Origin: Azolla caroliniana
Lineage: Eukaryota; Plantae; Polypodiophyta
Assembly: GCA_043228905.1 (NCBI GenBank)
Contig: JBHGNT010000008.1
Span: 620,001-684,000 of the forward strand
Direction: 5' to 3'
DNA: 64,000 nucleotides
Shown in pieces: positions 23,750 through 36,642 of the stretch. The notes below the pieces were generated by a model that worked only from the letters and a program-made list of their open reading frames with translations, had not been told where the DNA came from and made no database searches. Positions within the stretch are counted from its first letter, which is position 1, and the number at the start of each line of letters is the position of its first letter. The position numbers were made by a program, and so were the translations under genes.

Positions 23750-24429
23750 TGTAGAGAATATGCGGAATAATCTTCGGCCACTACCGAGACTTAGATCACT
23801 TAATGATAATCAAACACAGAAGAAATGAGAAATGGAAGTAAGTACACAAATAGAAGAGAATGCACAGGATGTTAACATGGAAAACCCTAAGAGGGAAAAA
23901 CCATGGGAGCCCGCAAACTCCAAACTATCACTATGTCGAGAGGAATACAACATGTAAACACGAAGGCAGTGACCTCGTCCTCACACTCTTCGCCTGACGA
24001 CAGTTACAACAGAGACTTACTCTGTTTCTCTCTCTCTCTCTCTCTCTCTCTGTTACACTCTTGTACAATAGTTACACCAATAACTATATACATCAAATAA
24101 TGACAACACACTACTACAGTTTGCCCTAGGTCATATTTATACTAATATGACTTTCGGGCTATTTACAAATATAGCCCTTGTGGGCTCTCTGGAACATATT
24201 TAGATATATGTCCCTTCATCTGGTGAGAGGTTCTCACTGGGCCTGCAACATCCGGTTCTCACCGGGCCTTCATCATCCTGTTCTCACGGGGCCTTCATCA
24301 TCCGGTTCTCATCGGGCCTTCATCATCCGGCTCTCATAGGGCCTTCATCATCCGGTTCTCACCGGGCCTTTATCATCCGGCACTCACCGGGCCTTCATCA
24401 TCCCATCCGGAGGGACCAAAATCCTAACA
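23750..24429 (-). mobile_element. Copia solo LTR related to the 42881-48346 element, with a minisatellite at ~24250-24400
   Basis: TG...CA ends; perfect 5-bp TSD GTATG (23745-23749 and 24430-24434). Shares GGAAAACCCTAA, CAAACTCCAACTATCACTATG and CATCCCATCCGGAGGGACC with the Copia LTRs. Confidence 0.92.
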
Positions 24430-25303
24430 GTATGTTCGAATGTACTTGACAAGTTACGCATGTGGACACGAAATAGAGTACATCTTTGTACATGCTTGGC
24501 CACCAGTACTTCTCCTTCAACTTTTCGAACGTCACCCATGTTCCTCTATGACCTGCCCAAGGACTCTCGTGGAATTCAGTCATCAGCTTCACTTGCTCTT
24601 CTTTCTTCACCACCACTCGACGTGGCATTTCTGTCCTTCTTTTTGGGTGTCGCCAGAGGAATCCTCCCTTCAGGAAGTATTGGTAAGCTTTCTTCCGGAT
24701 TCATAGAGCCTCCTCCTTCATCAACAAAGCATCCGCCGTGATTGTTCTTAAGAATCTGTCGATTAGTAACCACTCTCCTTCGTACTCATTCTTGTTGAAG
24801 GCGTGGACTGATAACGTGCCCTTGTCTTCCACCGATAGTTAGGCCATCTTGAAGAATTCGAGGGTGATGTCTTCATCTTCCGAAACCATGTCATTTTCAT
24901 TCTCAAATCTTGCCCTCGACAACATGTCAGCCATGGCGTTCCTCTTTCCTGCAATGTGGTGGATCTCTATGTTTAAAGAATTGATATAGGCGATCTACCT
25001 TAGCATAACTAGATCTGTCTCAATTATCACTTCCGACGCGATCAAGTAGTCTTTATCCATCTTCACTGCAGACATAATACCCCAAAGTTCCCACTTGACT
25101 TGGGCGTATCTTTGTTGTCGCTCGCTGAGAACCTTTGCTCCGAACCGAATGGCATACCACGCATTATCTTCTCTTCTTGGTTGATGACCCACCCGATTCC
25201 GGTTGGGCTCATATTTACACTCACATAAATCGGCTTCCCTTCAGTATAGTCGGCCTTTCTTAGTGTTGAAACTTCAAGAAGTAGTTTCTTCAATCTTTGC
25301 ATT

Positions 25304-25725
25304 TGTCAGAAACAGTACTAAGACATAGAAGGAATTAGTACTAAAAGAAGTATTAGTACTAAGAGAGGTGAAGAACTCTCGAGAGAAGGAAAGAGTGAGT
25401 GAGAGGGAGGGAGAGAGAGATTGAGAGTGAGAGAGAGAGAGAGAGTGATGATAAGAAAAGATATATATATTATGTGAAGAGAATGTACAGTAATAACTAG
25501 GAGGCTTAAGATTGGCGTTGAACTGATTTGGTTCGAAATAAGGCCTTGTGCATCCTTTTATAGTGTTCTCAGGAATACTCCAGAAGTCTGGAATATACAT
25601 CAATTTTCTATAATAAAACATAAATGAAAATAATATTTTATGTATTACAATGTATGGTGTAATGGTCAAGAGCTTGCCTCATGTAGCATAAGGTCATGGG
25701 TTCGAGTCTTACCATATCATGAAAA
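25304..25725 (-). mobile_element. ~420-bp solo-LTR-like insertion in the Gypsy RT-RNaseH junction, carrying a tRNA-like module
   Basis: Interrupts W*DEHTNTM|QRLKK; flanked by CATT on both sides; starts TGTC; has a TATA-like motif and a CT-rich tract on the minus strand. The other end is degenerate. Confidence 0.65.
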
Positions 25726-26423
25726 CATTGTGTTTGTATGCTCATCTCACCATTCAAACTTCATTCTTTTCTTTAACAATCCATATAATGGCTCGACGAC
25801 ATGAGCGTAGTGCGGAATCCAGATATGATAAAACGTGCATGCTCCAAGGAACCTTCGAACCTCCGTTTGGGTTATGCATTCTTCTTTCATGTGCTGGATC
25901 GCATTCACCTTGGAGGGCGAAGGCTTCCGCCCGTATGCTCCAAAAAAGTAACCTACCACCAAGATCTCTAGTTGCCTGAATGCGAATTTTTGTCCTGAAA
26001 ATGTCAAATTCGCATCTTCGAGCCTTTGGAGCACCTTCTCGAAATCTTTCATATGATCCACGACGAACTTTCTACACCCTTCTTTATCTTTCGATTCATC
26101 CTTCTCCTCATCCGAACATCCTTTTATCGGAATATCATCCAAGAATGGCATCGTGATGCCTGGGATGCAATCCTTCAAGACCTTGTTCATGGTATTCACT
26201 ATATGAGCCACCAAGTTTGTTGCACCTTGGGGTAAGGTACACATCCGCACAAGCCTGATCGGAGTCCTCATGGTTGTAATGTCACAACTGTCGATCACCA
26301 ACTAGAATTGATCGTATCCAGAGTAGAGATCACCAATGGAGTAGATGGATCGGCCCGCAAACGTTTCGGAAAATTCATCCACACTCGGACTGATTCCAGC
26401 ATTCCGAATTGTCACGTTGTTGA

Positions 26424-29400
26424 TTAGGGTTCATACGGTAATGTTGTTGTGCTACCGGTTTGACATCCTTATTGAGATGTATTTGGTGTTGGTACAACTG
26501 AGGATCCAACCCCTGCATGTCTTCATAGGACCAAGCGAATACGTCCCAAAATTCCTTTAATAAAGTGATCATCGCCGTCTTGTTGTCCGGTGACATTTCC
26601 TTAGCAATATGAACCGGTCTTGCGTCGTCCCCGATTCCTACGTTCACTTCCTCTAACTGGGATGCTTTCACGTGTTGGGATACCACCATCTCCCTCTCCA
26701 GAGCTTCCTGTGCTTGTCGTAATTCTCTGATAGCTTCCCTATTTGGTTCCTTGTCGGCAACATCCGATTGCGTTATATATGGTGACACTGCTTCTGCCAC
26801 ATCGATTTCAAATAGGGGTACAATTTTTGGGTTTTCTTCTAAGTATTGGGCGACCTCTTCGTCAGCAAACCTTCCGCATATAGCGGTGTTAGCTCCTTGC
26901 CGGTACTCGATCGAGGGTGGGTAGGTACCCTTACTTTAGCCTTTCCTCGCCGGAAGGTAATCATGTTTTTCCGCCAATTTTGTTTGATTTGCGCCGTTTT
27001 TAGCCATGGGCGACCCAACAATAGTGGGTAAGCCCCTTGCACATTGAGCTGGAGAACCACCACCGAAATGCAGAATGCGTGTCCTCCGATAGTTACGTCT
27101 AAATCCTATATCAAACCGGTAGGTCTTACCGAACTTGTATCCGCCATCCAGAGCCAAAATGGGCAAGGCTCCCATTCTTGGATTCCCAGGGTATTACAAG
27201 TCCGTAGACTAATAACGTTCACGCCGATCCTCCGTCCATAATCGTCCCTGGTTGTTCTCGTCCTTTGACGATGGCGGTGATTGCCGGACTTTTCGTGTCA
27301 ACCATTGCTGGCCCTTCTTCTGGATTTGAGAAGAACGCAAGAGCCTGCAACGGATTTGATGCGGTCATTCCTGATTTCAGCCCTTCCGTAAACTGGGGTA
27401 CTAGCTGTAATAACCGACCCAATGGTAGCGTAATTTGACATTCTTGTAACGCTTGCCATGTTGGGTTTTCCGGCTGAATCGTGTTGGTGGCCTCTTCCGG
27501 TTTCTCCTTTTGTTGTTCAAGCTCAGCCACGTTCCGCTCATTTGCCTTCATCACCCACTTGGTGGCTTGCTTTCGGATTGCCTCCTGTGTTTCCCACTTC
27601 GTTGTTTTGCCTTTTGCCCTGGTGCTGACTTGTTGTATGTCGGCGACTTCTACTACCACCATGTTTACTGCTGGTCGTTTCTCGTAACTTTTAACCATAC
27701 ATTGATTACTGTAATGTCCTTCTTGCCGGCAATAGTAGCAGTATGCTTTCCGAGTGTTGCTGGATTCGACGTTCGCTCTGGTACCCGGTTGAGGTCCTAT
27801 TGGTGGTCGGTTAGGTACTTGGCCTTGGTCTAGTTGGGTACTTGGTGTGCCCTTGTCCGACTGCCATTGGTGGTCCTCCTTTCTAGCTTTCCATTTTTTG
27901 TTGAAGAGTTTATTTGTTCCCGTAACCTTGTCGGGGCCGGTTTTCATAATTGCCTTGATCCTCCCTCTGTTGGTTGTAACCGGGGGAGTGATCTCGGTTG
28001 TATTGCTCATATCGATCACCATTGTAATCCCTATAGCTATCCTACCGGTCTCGGTTGTGAGCGTCTTTTCTGTCGCTGTGCCGGACATCTTGCGTCGACC
28101 GGTCACACTCATCTCACTGCCAATGTTCTTCTTCCTCCTCCCATTTACTCCGGGGTTCGATTTGCCTTACCGGTGCCACTTGTCGGTTCAACAAGTTATA
28201 TTTGCATCGGTCCATTGTGTGCGCCCTGGAATGGCATAACATGCACTGTGTCCGCATGGTACATTCTATTGCCGAGTGCCCAACATTGAGACAAGTCATA
28301 CATTGTATAGCTTGCCGAAAACGTAGGTCGTCTTCTGTCGGTAATGTATGCTCGAGTGCCCCCATTGTTAGCCATGAGCTCGTTTTCTCCATCTCCTTGA
28401 CCCGATCTATGACTTGGTCGATCATGTTGGTGTGGAAATCAATCACTGCGCACACCATATGCAAGGGTTCCCGGAGTGCTGCTAGGAATATTGCTTTAGC
28501 CCCTGCTTCCAGTGGTGCCTGATTTAGCTGCCTGTGCATTCGCTAGAACCGGATTACGAATTGGTGAATGGTTTCCGTAGGTTCCTGCCGTATGCTTTAG
28601 AATAGGCCGACCATCTCCCATTGATCCACCTCCTTGTTGAAGAACTGTAAAAATTTGGTTTTTAAGTCCTCAAACGTCGTGATGGTGCCGGGAGGGTGTG
28701 CCAAGCGCCATTGCGCAGTTGGTCCTTCCAAGGTCATGCCGAACTCTACAATCTTCGAGCGTTCTGCTTCGGCGGCGGTCAAGCGTTGCAACACATTGTT
28801 TGCTTCCCATGTTTGTAGAAATGCATAGACATGAGATTCCGCGTCCGGATCATCCCGGTACTTGGGATATTGGAACAACATGTCGTCGTATGGTGTCGGA
28901 ACACGGGTTGGTGGTGTTGGAGGTCTTTCCTCCCCTTCTTTCGGTGTCAGAGGTTTTTCCTCCTCTTGTCGGTCTGGGGCTTCCAATTCCGTTAACTCTG
29001 GTTCTGGTGTCGGCAAGGTATCCGAATGCTCGTCCTCTAGTCCGTTTGGGGTGTTGTGGCTGCTACGATAATTCGAATGGGCGCTACATTCACCGTCCGA
29101 ATCCGATTCGAAGGCCGAGAACGGTTCCGAAGCGCCTTCCCCTGTTGCTAATGCTTGCCAAATGGATTCTGTGTCCAGGAGACTGCTCAAGCTGCTTCCT
29201 TCGTCCGGGTGGGGAGTGTGCTGCACGCGGAGTGACTCCGCGACCACTCGCTGGATTACTTTGGAAAATGATCGATTCGCACAGATCTCTTCTACCGCCT
29301 GGTGGAAAGCCTCTCGTTTCTGCAATCATTCGGCAAGTCTTCTTGCTCGCTCCATAACCGGGTTGTTCATTGGTCTAGTCATCCATTCCCGCCGTTGTTC

Positions 29401-29900
29401 GCTGCGTTTGTGTACGAATCGTGGTGGCCAAAAACTGTGTTATCGCTAGGGGCCGGACAATGGCCTAACACAGGGTGTCCCTTTGAGACACTTCACCAAA
29501 GGGGTGTTGCGGTGGTATAAACTTAGACAGAACTATTAATGGAACCCTAATTGGTTACTAATCGGCAAGATCATTAGACACAATACACACGTAAGATGAA
29601 TTACACTTAGCACAGAACAGTAATTAACTTGATTAAGATACAGAACAACAACACTCTATTAATTATCCGCTAATGATTACAATCTAACCAGGCCCTTTTA
29701 TAGGTCTCCGGCTATAGGAACAAGCAGGTGCCAACCGGCAACCGGCTACGAACCGGTCCGGATCCAAATCGGCATACCAATTCCGGGTCCGTATGTTCGC
29801 TTCTCAAAATCATAATAATTCTATATTATAGATAATCCGCTCCTGGTTATTAATTATCCCCCTTTTCCCATTCTAGACTTCCCTTGCCGGCCAGCTAACA
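26424..29900 (-). mobile_element. 5' part of a Tat/OTA-like Gypsy (LTR 29438-29900, gag, protease, start of RT), 3' deleted
   Basis: LTR has TGTTA...TAACA ends. Gag has three CCHC knuckles; protease IMDGGS; LLGRPWL; DVFAWSYEDMQGLDP typical of Tat-type RT starts. Confidence 0.8.
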
Positions 29901-32495
29901 GAAGCAATTGCCTAAGTCTCTAGAACAAGTGTGGAGAAAATTTGGCCGTTGTCATTGGCTTTATTATCTTGGTCCTTCTCTTCCTTTTCGCCACCATCCG
30001 TCTCTTGGTTCTCACATTGGTTTCCAGACACAACTGCCCAAGTCTCTAGATGAAGTGTTAGGAAAGTCTCCACATGACCATCCGCCATTGACTCGTTAAT
30101 AACCATCTCCGACTCGATGTCGTTTTTCGTGGCTATCTCTTCAATCTCATGGGCCTTGTACCCATTGACCTTCTTGATCGAGCAAGCTTCAATTATCCTT
30201 CTCTCTTCGTCGCATGTATTCGTTTCAACCTTCGGCTCCTCGCCGACACCTTCCATCACTTGGGTTTCACGTTGGTTCTTGGACGCAACTGCACAAGTCT
30301 CTAGATCATGTGTGGAGAAAATCCGGCCATGGTTGTTGTCGATGCTTGTTATCTTGTTCATAGTCACCTCCTCGATGTCGTCTCTAACAGCTAGATCCTC
30401 AATTACACTAGCCTCGCACTCTTTATCTCTATTGATGCAAGCTTCGATTAGGCTTGCTCCTTCATCATCCGATGTTTCAAACATGATACGCGTTCTGAAA
30501 CATTCATCCTTCCTCGAAGTGGCCTTCTCCATCCTTGAGTCATCATCAATCTTCTTTTCATGTAGGTTTCTTTGTTTAGGTGGCTCGACTTCTTTAGGTG
30601 GTCTTGATGTTTCTACGCTTGGCTTTACCAAGTCAATGTCATCAAGCCATTGATGATGCATGTGGATCTTGTTGCATGTTCGCTTCACCGCAACCCAGTC
30701 CGCCACAAGCCTGTTCGCTTGGGTATCATCTTCGAGGAGAGTACCCAGTTCTCGTCTATCCTTTATATCCATAGTCTTCAGGAAGTACAAAGTTTTGTCC
30801 TCCTCAAGTAGCACTTGGTTTGTGGCGGGGAGACGACGAAACATTTGGTCGAATTCATCATACACCCTCGAGGTGCTCATCTTCTCATTTTTCTTCTCTA
30901 TCCACCTCATCAAGGTATGTCAAGTCATCCTCGACAAATCTTTCGTCATGAACTCCGCTAATATTGATCTTTCAAACTCTGACCACGTTGTCTTGCCTTC
31001 TTGAAGCTCGATGACACGTCTTTGGATGTTTTTGGCAACAACTCTCTTGAAGCTTGCGATTTGACGTGCTTCGGACACGTCCCTTTGATTCATCTCCCTT
31101 TTATATGCATCAAGGAACTTTGTAATGTTCCTTCCGTCAAATTGACCCTCAAGCTCCACGACACAGTCGACGGCCTTCTCCACGCTCGCATCGTTGTCTC
31201 GAGATCTCATTATTTGTTAGACGATCAACATCATCCTTTCGAACTCTCCTGCTTGGTTCCTTGAGGATACCATCTCCAAATTTCGGTTGATCCTCGACTT
31301 GATCCTTCCTACCGCCTCTTTCACGTCGGGTTCACCACTTAATTATGTCGTGAACATTCGTCACTATGCGCGGATCGTGAGGCGGAACCACCGGGGTTCT
31401 GGACCGGAAGGACTCGAATTTTGCACTAGCTTTGGCGAGAAAGGAATTAAGATAGATTCAAAGAGAGAGAGATTGAGATAAGATAGAACGATTGCCTTTA
31501 GATTGAGAGAGATTAAGATTAAACTCTTGACTTTAGATTTCAAGAACAAGATTGATACACCAATTGGATAACGAGTTTCTTACTTTTAATTTCTTGATTA
31601 ATACATTGCTCCCCTTTGATCTTTTTCATCCACCCTTTTATAGATGCTCCCATGCATATGATACATGTGAGGATACAAGCAATGCATACAATGCATGGAA
31701 TGCATGTGATGCATGTTTGCCATTTGGCGCTCATGCATCACATGTCACTCAATCAAGCTCTAATATGAGAATTTACATGTAAAGCTATAATGATAAAAAT
31801 ATAATCCCTAAAGAAATGATTTGGCTTAATGGTAAGCCTATTGCTTCCTATCTTGGAGGTGCAAAGTTTGAGTCTTGCTTACATCTTTTTTTTTTATACA
31901 CAAAATACTATTAGGCTTTTGGACCAAATATCTTTAAGACACCATGCACCGCGATCAACCGACCCGATCGATCCGTCCGATTTGCATCCGTTTGGTTCGG
32001 TTCGGTCCGTATCCCGAGTCCTTGCCGATCACCGGTCGATCGTTGCTTGCCGGTTGCGCCACGGTGCTGCCGTCGGTTTTGGTTGGTCAAAACCTTTACA
32101 AGTAGCTAGGCCACACCCACTCATCATCCAATTAGCTTAGTTCGAGTCACCTTGAACTCTCTATGCTCCACACATTGACACAAAGATAATAGCTTTTGCT
32201 CTGCCTTATATATGGTGAGATCCTTATTTGTCCTATATATGTGGGATATCTCACAGTTTTATCTTTCTCTTTTCCTTTGCAAAGTTTCTACCCACATAAC
32301 TTGAGACTTAGATGTCCGTTTCTTATGTAGTAAAGTGCATTCGAAAGCTCTTTAAGACCTCCATCTTTTTGTACTAAGATATTAAACCTATTTAAAATAA
32401 TATTTTCACTATTATTGTTTTATATGATTCATACTCGATACTCGATTTCGTATGTTTATGCGATTTTCACACCATTGCCGAAAATCTTCACGACA
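29901..32495 (-). mobile_element. 5' part of a Phygy-like Gypsy derivative: 5' LTR 31346-32495, tRNA-Trp PBS 31320-31337, gag with acidic repeats
   Basis: TGTCGTG...TTCACGACA ends; PBS TGGTGAACCCGACGTGAA; gag motif GQFDGRNITKFLDAY. Confidence 0.85.
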
Positions 32496-34076
32496 ACGGT
32501 TGTTTGATAGGCTTAAAATCTTCGAGATACCAAATGACAGGGTTTGGGCCATCTATCCCCTATATGAGCAAGTCTTTGGGTGTGTAAGATGCCCAAGTGG
32601 CCTATCCAATTGCTTCACAACACCATTGGTGTAAAACAGGGTTTCCCTTTGTCACTGACTCTTTTTGGGATCTACATTCATGAGATCACTGATTTTATTG
32701 TTTGTAAAGGAGGCAACATAATAGCCATTTGGGGTACGCAAGTTAGTCTCCTACTCTACGCAGACGACATAATTTTTCTCTCGGAGTCTGAACACGACCT
32801 ACAAAAGCACCTTAATGCCCTAGATGACTTTTGCACACAACGAGGATTACTATTGAATCTAGCGAAAACTAAAGTCCTTATCTTTTGGACATCGTCTTGC
32901 GTTAGGAGTAAATGTCACCAAATCGTCTCTTATAAACCAGTTGAGGTAGTTGGATCATGTGTATATCTAGGAGTCACTTTTAGTGCTCATTCAGGTAAAT
33001 CCTCGATGACCCAGGCAGCCAAACATAGGCTAACGACAGGGTATGCATCCCTCTCACTCTTAGAGAGACAATGCCACTAGGCATACTTTCAAAAGCCACG
33101 GACTAAGGGATGGTTCTTCAACTCATTACTGACCCCTTCCCTCATGTACGCATCAGTAGTATGAGCTCCAAGTCTACCATCTTTTATGTGGACACAATTA
33201 GAGAGACCTTTGTTGACTATGTTATCACGTCAACTCCGAAACAAATCGACAGTACCACATAACATTAATTAAAGAGCAGTGTTCAATTTGCCCCCGATGT
33301 TAGTAGAAGCACTTTTCCAACTGGTAGTTTTTATTCAACCACAAGATAGGATATCTCGTCAAGCTTCTGTGGCATCCCGATCCCTATATGCGTCCGGAGA
33401 TACTAGCTCTTGGTATACCACTGTGATGAGTTGGTTACTTGGAAATGGCACAGACATTAATAACCTACCTCCCCTTAAGTACAACCATGGGACTGATCAA
33501 ACTTTAATATCTCATGAAGACCGTAATAAAGTAATACGCCAAGAAATATGGCAAATTTACACCCGATATACATGGATCGCCCCACGAGAGCCACTCCCAT
33601 CTAAAATGTAGTACTATAAGGAACGCTTCATGCACTTCTCTAAGTTAGGTTTTATTACACGAACAAAATATCTAGATACATTCTTATCAAATGCACTAAG
33701 GGTGGCCATTGGACAACTTAGGATATCATTTCACCAAGTTGAGATTGAGAATGTTCATGTTAATAGAGTCCCTAGAGAGCAAAGTCTATGTAGGTTATGT
33801 CACATAGAGATAGAGGATGAGTATCACTTTACATGCAAGTGTCGAACTTATGCCGAGATAAGGGTAAAATACGAAGGCTTACTAGGACCCTCTCCCACCC
33901 TCCAAACTATTAGATACCCTGGATATAAAGAGACTAGGTAAGGATATCTTAGAGCTAAAACAACATAGGTAGAATAAACTACAAAGTGTTAACCATAACC
34001 ATTTTTATATTCACCAACATGTACATGTACCTAATGTAATTTTTTAGGAACAAGGGGAGACGATGAATGTGGACAC
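32496..34076 (+). mobile_element. RTE-like LINE fragment (RT plus C-terminal Cys/His domain), truncated by LTR elements on both sides
   Basis: GVKQGFPLSLTLFGIY, LLYADD and LC..C..EIEDEYHF..C motifs; closely similar to 58690-60275. Confidence 0.88.
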
Positions 34077-36598
34077 AAGAAAACCGGCCATAGGCGGAAT
34101 CGGACAAAAAGGCGCATGTGTCGGGAGTTCGCTGTAGGTGTCGGGAGTTTGCTACCTCTGCTTCGTGGACAACCCGTGTGCTTCTAGCAGAGTCTCTCTC
34201 CTCCCCCTTTCCCTTTTCGTTTCTTCGAGTCGTGTGGATGTCGTCGGTGTGCGTGAGTAGGACCCCGTGTCGGGTCCATTACCAGGTTGCCGGTTGTAAG
34301 CTATTGACTATAGTAATCGGATTCCTGTTCTCCTTGCTCTTAATCTCTCTTTGTGTACTTGTCTCTCTCTCTCTCTCTCTCTCCTTGGTCCAAGACCCCC
34401 TGTGGTCCCGCCTCTTTCTACACGCACACGCGTAACAACGCGACATATTTGGTGAACCCGACGTGAAACGGGCTACAAAGGAGTTGAAAGATGAGGGGAT
34501 CGGAGCTAGCAGAGGCAAGGGCGGTAGTCGTCGACCGGCTGGTAAGCACTCGTGAGGGGACGGGTACCCTCGACAGAGCCATCAAATCGATCGTCGGCAC
34601 TATAGGCCGGTTCGGAGGGAAAGACGCCACAAGTTTTTTGGAGGCTTACCAGGCCGAAATGATCATGAGGGATATCCCGGTAGACAGGCGGATGACCGGA
34701 TTCCCTCGGGTGGTGACGCCGAGCATCCACGCAGAGGTGCTCGAGATGCTGGCCGGATGCCAGACTTGGAAGGAGTTCGAGCTGCAGCTCCTCGAGAAGT
34801 ACGGGTTTGACGACTCGCTTCGGCTGTCGAGGCGGGACTTCATGGCGTGGGTGGAAAGCCCCAGAAACGGAGGAAAATGTCAGTGCTCTTCCAGGAGTTC
34901 GAAAAACGGTTCACGCGGCTCTCGACGCTGGACTGGACAGTGCTCGAAACGAATCGAGTACTACTGTTTGTCAAGTCGGTGGACGCGCTCAACAGGGAAA
35001 AGGTGGGTCCCCTATTGGAAACAGACGAAGGGCTCACGGCAGACTGGGCCGTGGTAAAACGGGTTTGCAGCCGTTTCGACAAACGGCGCGATTGGAGCGA
35101 CGGAAGCTCGTCGGGGTCAGGGCCGGTCCCGGGGAGGAGGCTCGAGGAGCCGGTATCGGTGCCAGCCAGTAGGAAGGAAGAGACCCGAATCTGGCCAGAG
35201 TCGGGGTCGGCATCGAATGACGTGGTCAGAGGCCCATCAGGAGGAGCGGCTCTAGAGGAGCTGACACAGATGGTGCGCGACCTGCAGGTTGCACAAGCTC
35301 GGAGGGACAGCGGCGAACAACCTCGCAACTGGAGGCCGCCGGCTAGGCAGTGGTGCATGTGGTGTGACGCGATTGGTCACATTTGGAAGGATTGCGCGGA
35401 TTTCGCCGACGCGCTCAGGACCAACGTGTTGTACCTTTGGAACGGGCGGGTGCACATGAGCGAGACCCGGAGAGCCCTAGAACTGAATACGGTGCGCGAC
35501 GGAAGAGGCCGCGACACGGCACGTTGAAGCCGTTAACTACTCAGTGTCAGCGGGAATTCGGGTCGAGGGTGATGAGACCTGGAAGGCGAAGGACTCCGGA
35601 TTCTGGCCGCTAGTGCTAGAAGGCCTCTCCGGAGTTCGGCTGAAGAAGGAAGCGGCGGACCGTGCAGAATAGCGGGTCTAGGAGGTCACCGGTTGGGACG
35701 ATCCGGTCGAAGAGAAAACAGGCTTTGTAGAAGCCGTTTGCCAGAACTACGAGGTTCTGGTGGAAGACAAACGGGCAGGAAAGGCCGGAGGGGTCGGTCC
35801 CCCGCAGAGGTATGAGACCCGGTTCGGACCGAAACTGACCGGTGCCGGCAACCCAGGTGCGCCGGATGGAAAGAAGCGGGCGGGGTTTCAGTTGAGTACC
35901 GAAATCGAAAGGACCACAGACCTGTGAAAGGTCCTGGAGGAACGTATCCTCGACAACAAAGTGGAGCTGTCGCTGAGGGAATTGCTCGGGATTGCCAAGA
36001 AGGAGTTCCACGACTCCATGGTAGACTTGGTGAAGAGGAAATGGTTGTCGACGGAGCCGGAACCGGAGAAGCCGGTGGAGGTGCGGACCGCGCACTTGGA
36101 AGACGTGACCCTAGAAGATGAGTTGGCGGAAAGCCACTACACGAAGCCGCATTGGACCAGGGCAACTACGGAAACCCCTGTACGGATCGGCAACGTTCCG
36201 GAACCGGTGGTGGCCTTGGTAGACCATGGATCCGAAATCAACATGATGTCCATGGATCTCTACAAGAGGGGTAAATGGCTGATCAACACCAAGCATGGCT
36301 GGAAAATACGGGCAGTGACGCGCGCCACGGAAGAACTACATGGAGCCTGTCCGAACGTACGGGTGAAAATCGGCGATGTCGAGATCGACCAACACTTCTT
36401 CGTGCAGGAGACGTCCTCGCATCCGGTTATACTAGGAGAGCCATGCATCACGGCGGCACGGATGGAGACCAAGGTGTTGGCCAACGGTTCGGCCTATGCA
36501 AGAGTCAAGAGCCAGGACGGGTGCCACTCGGTCCAGTTCCTGACGGTGCGACTGAACCATGAGCGTAACTGCGAGGCCCTCGGCGGCGAAACCCGAGG

Positions 36599-36642
36599 GG
36601 ATTTTTAGAGAGGGCTATCAAGGCGTGGGGCCGCGATAGTCC
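36599..36642 (+). promoter_or_regulatory. Candidate -1 programmed ribosomal frameshift signal (G_GAT_TTT plus stem-loop)
   Basis: The heptamer immediately precedes the gag-AP stop. The -1 frame is open from here into RT. GGGCTATC (36612) pairs with GATAGTCC (36635). Confidence 0.75.

Larger units (their letters stand above)
22418..26423 (-). mobile_element. 3' half of a Phygy-like Gypsy (RT-RNaseH-integrase, PPT, 3' LTR 22418-22803), with two nested insertions
   Basis: TGTCGTG...TTCACAACA LTR; PPT GGTTTGGTGGGGGTGGA; RT motif ITMPFLDDIPIKG; integrase GHRGTW, KWMVDLV and GDWVLVY motifs. Confidence 0.88.

Noticed and set aside
24240-24410. CRISPR-like or spaced repeats here and at 43370-43480
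   Set aside because: Contiguous minisatellite units without unique spacers, inside Copia LTRs of a eukaryotic genome.
29415-29437. tRNA assignment for the Tat-like PBS (TGGCCACCACG)
   Set aside because: Could not match it confidently to a tRNA 3' end from memory.
22418-32495. A single intact LTR retrotransposon
   Set aside because: Flanks are unrelated, the TSD mismatches, LTR lengths differ and the interior is chimeric.
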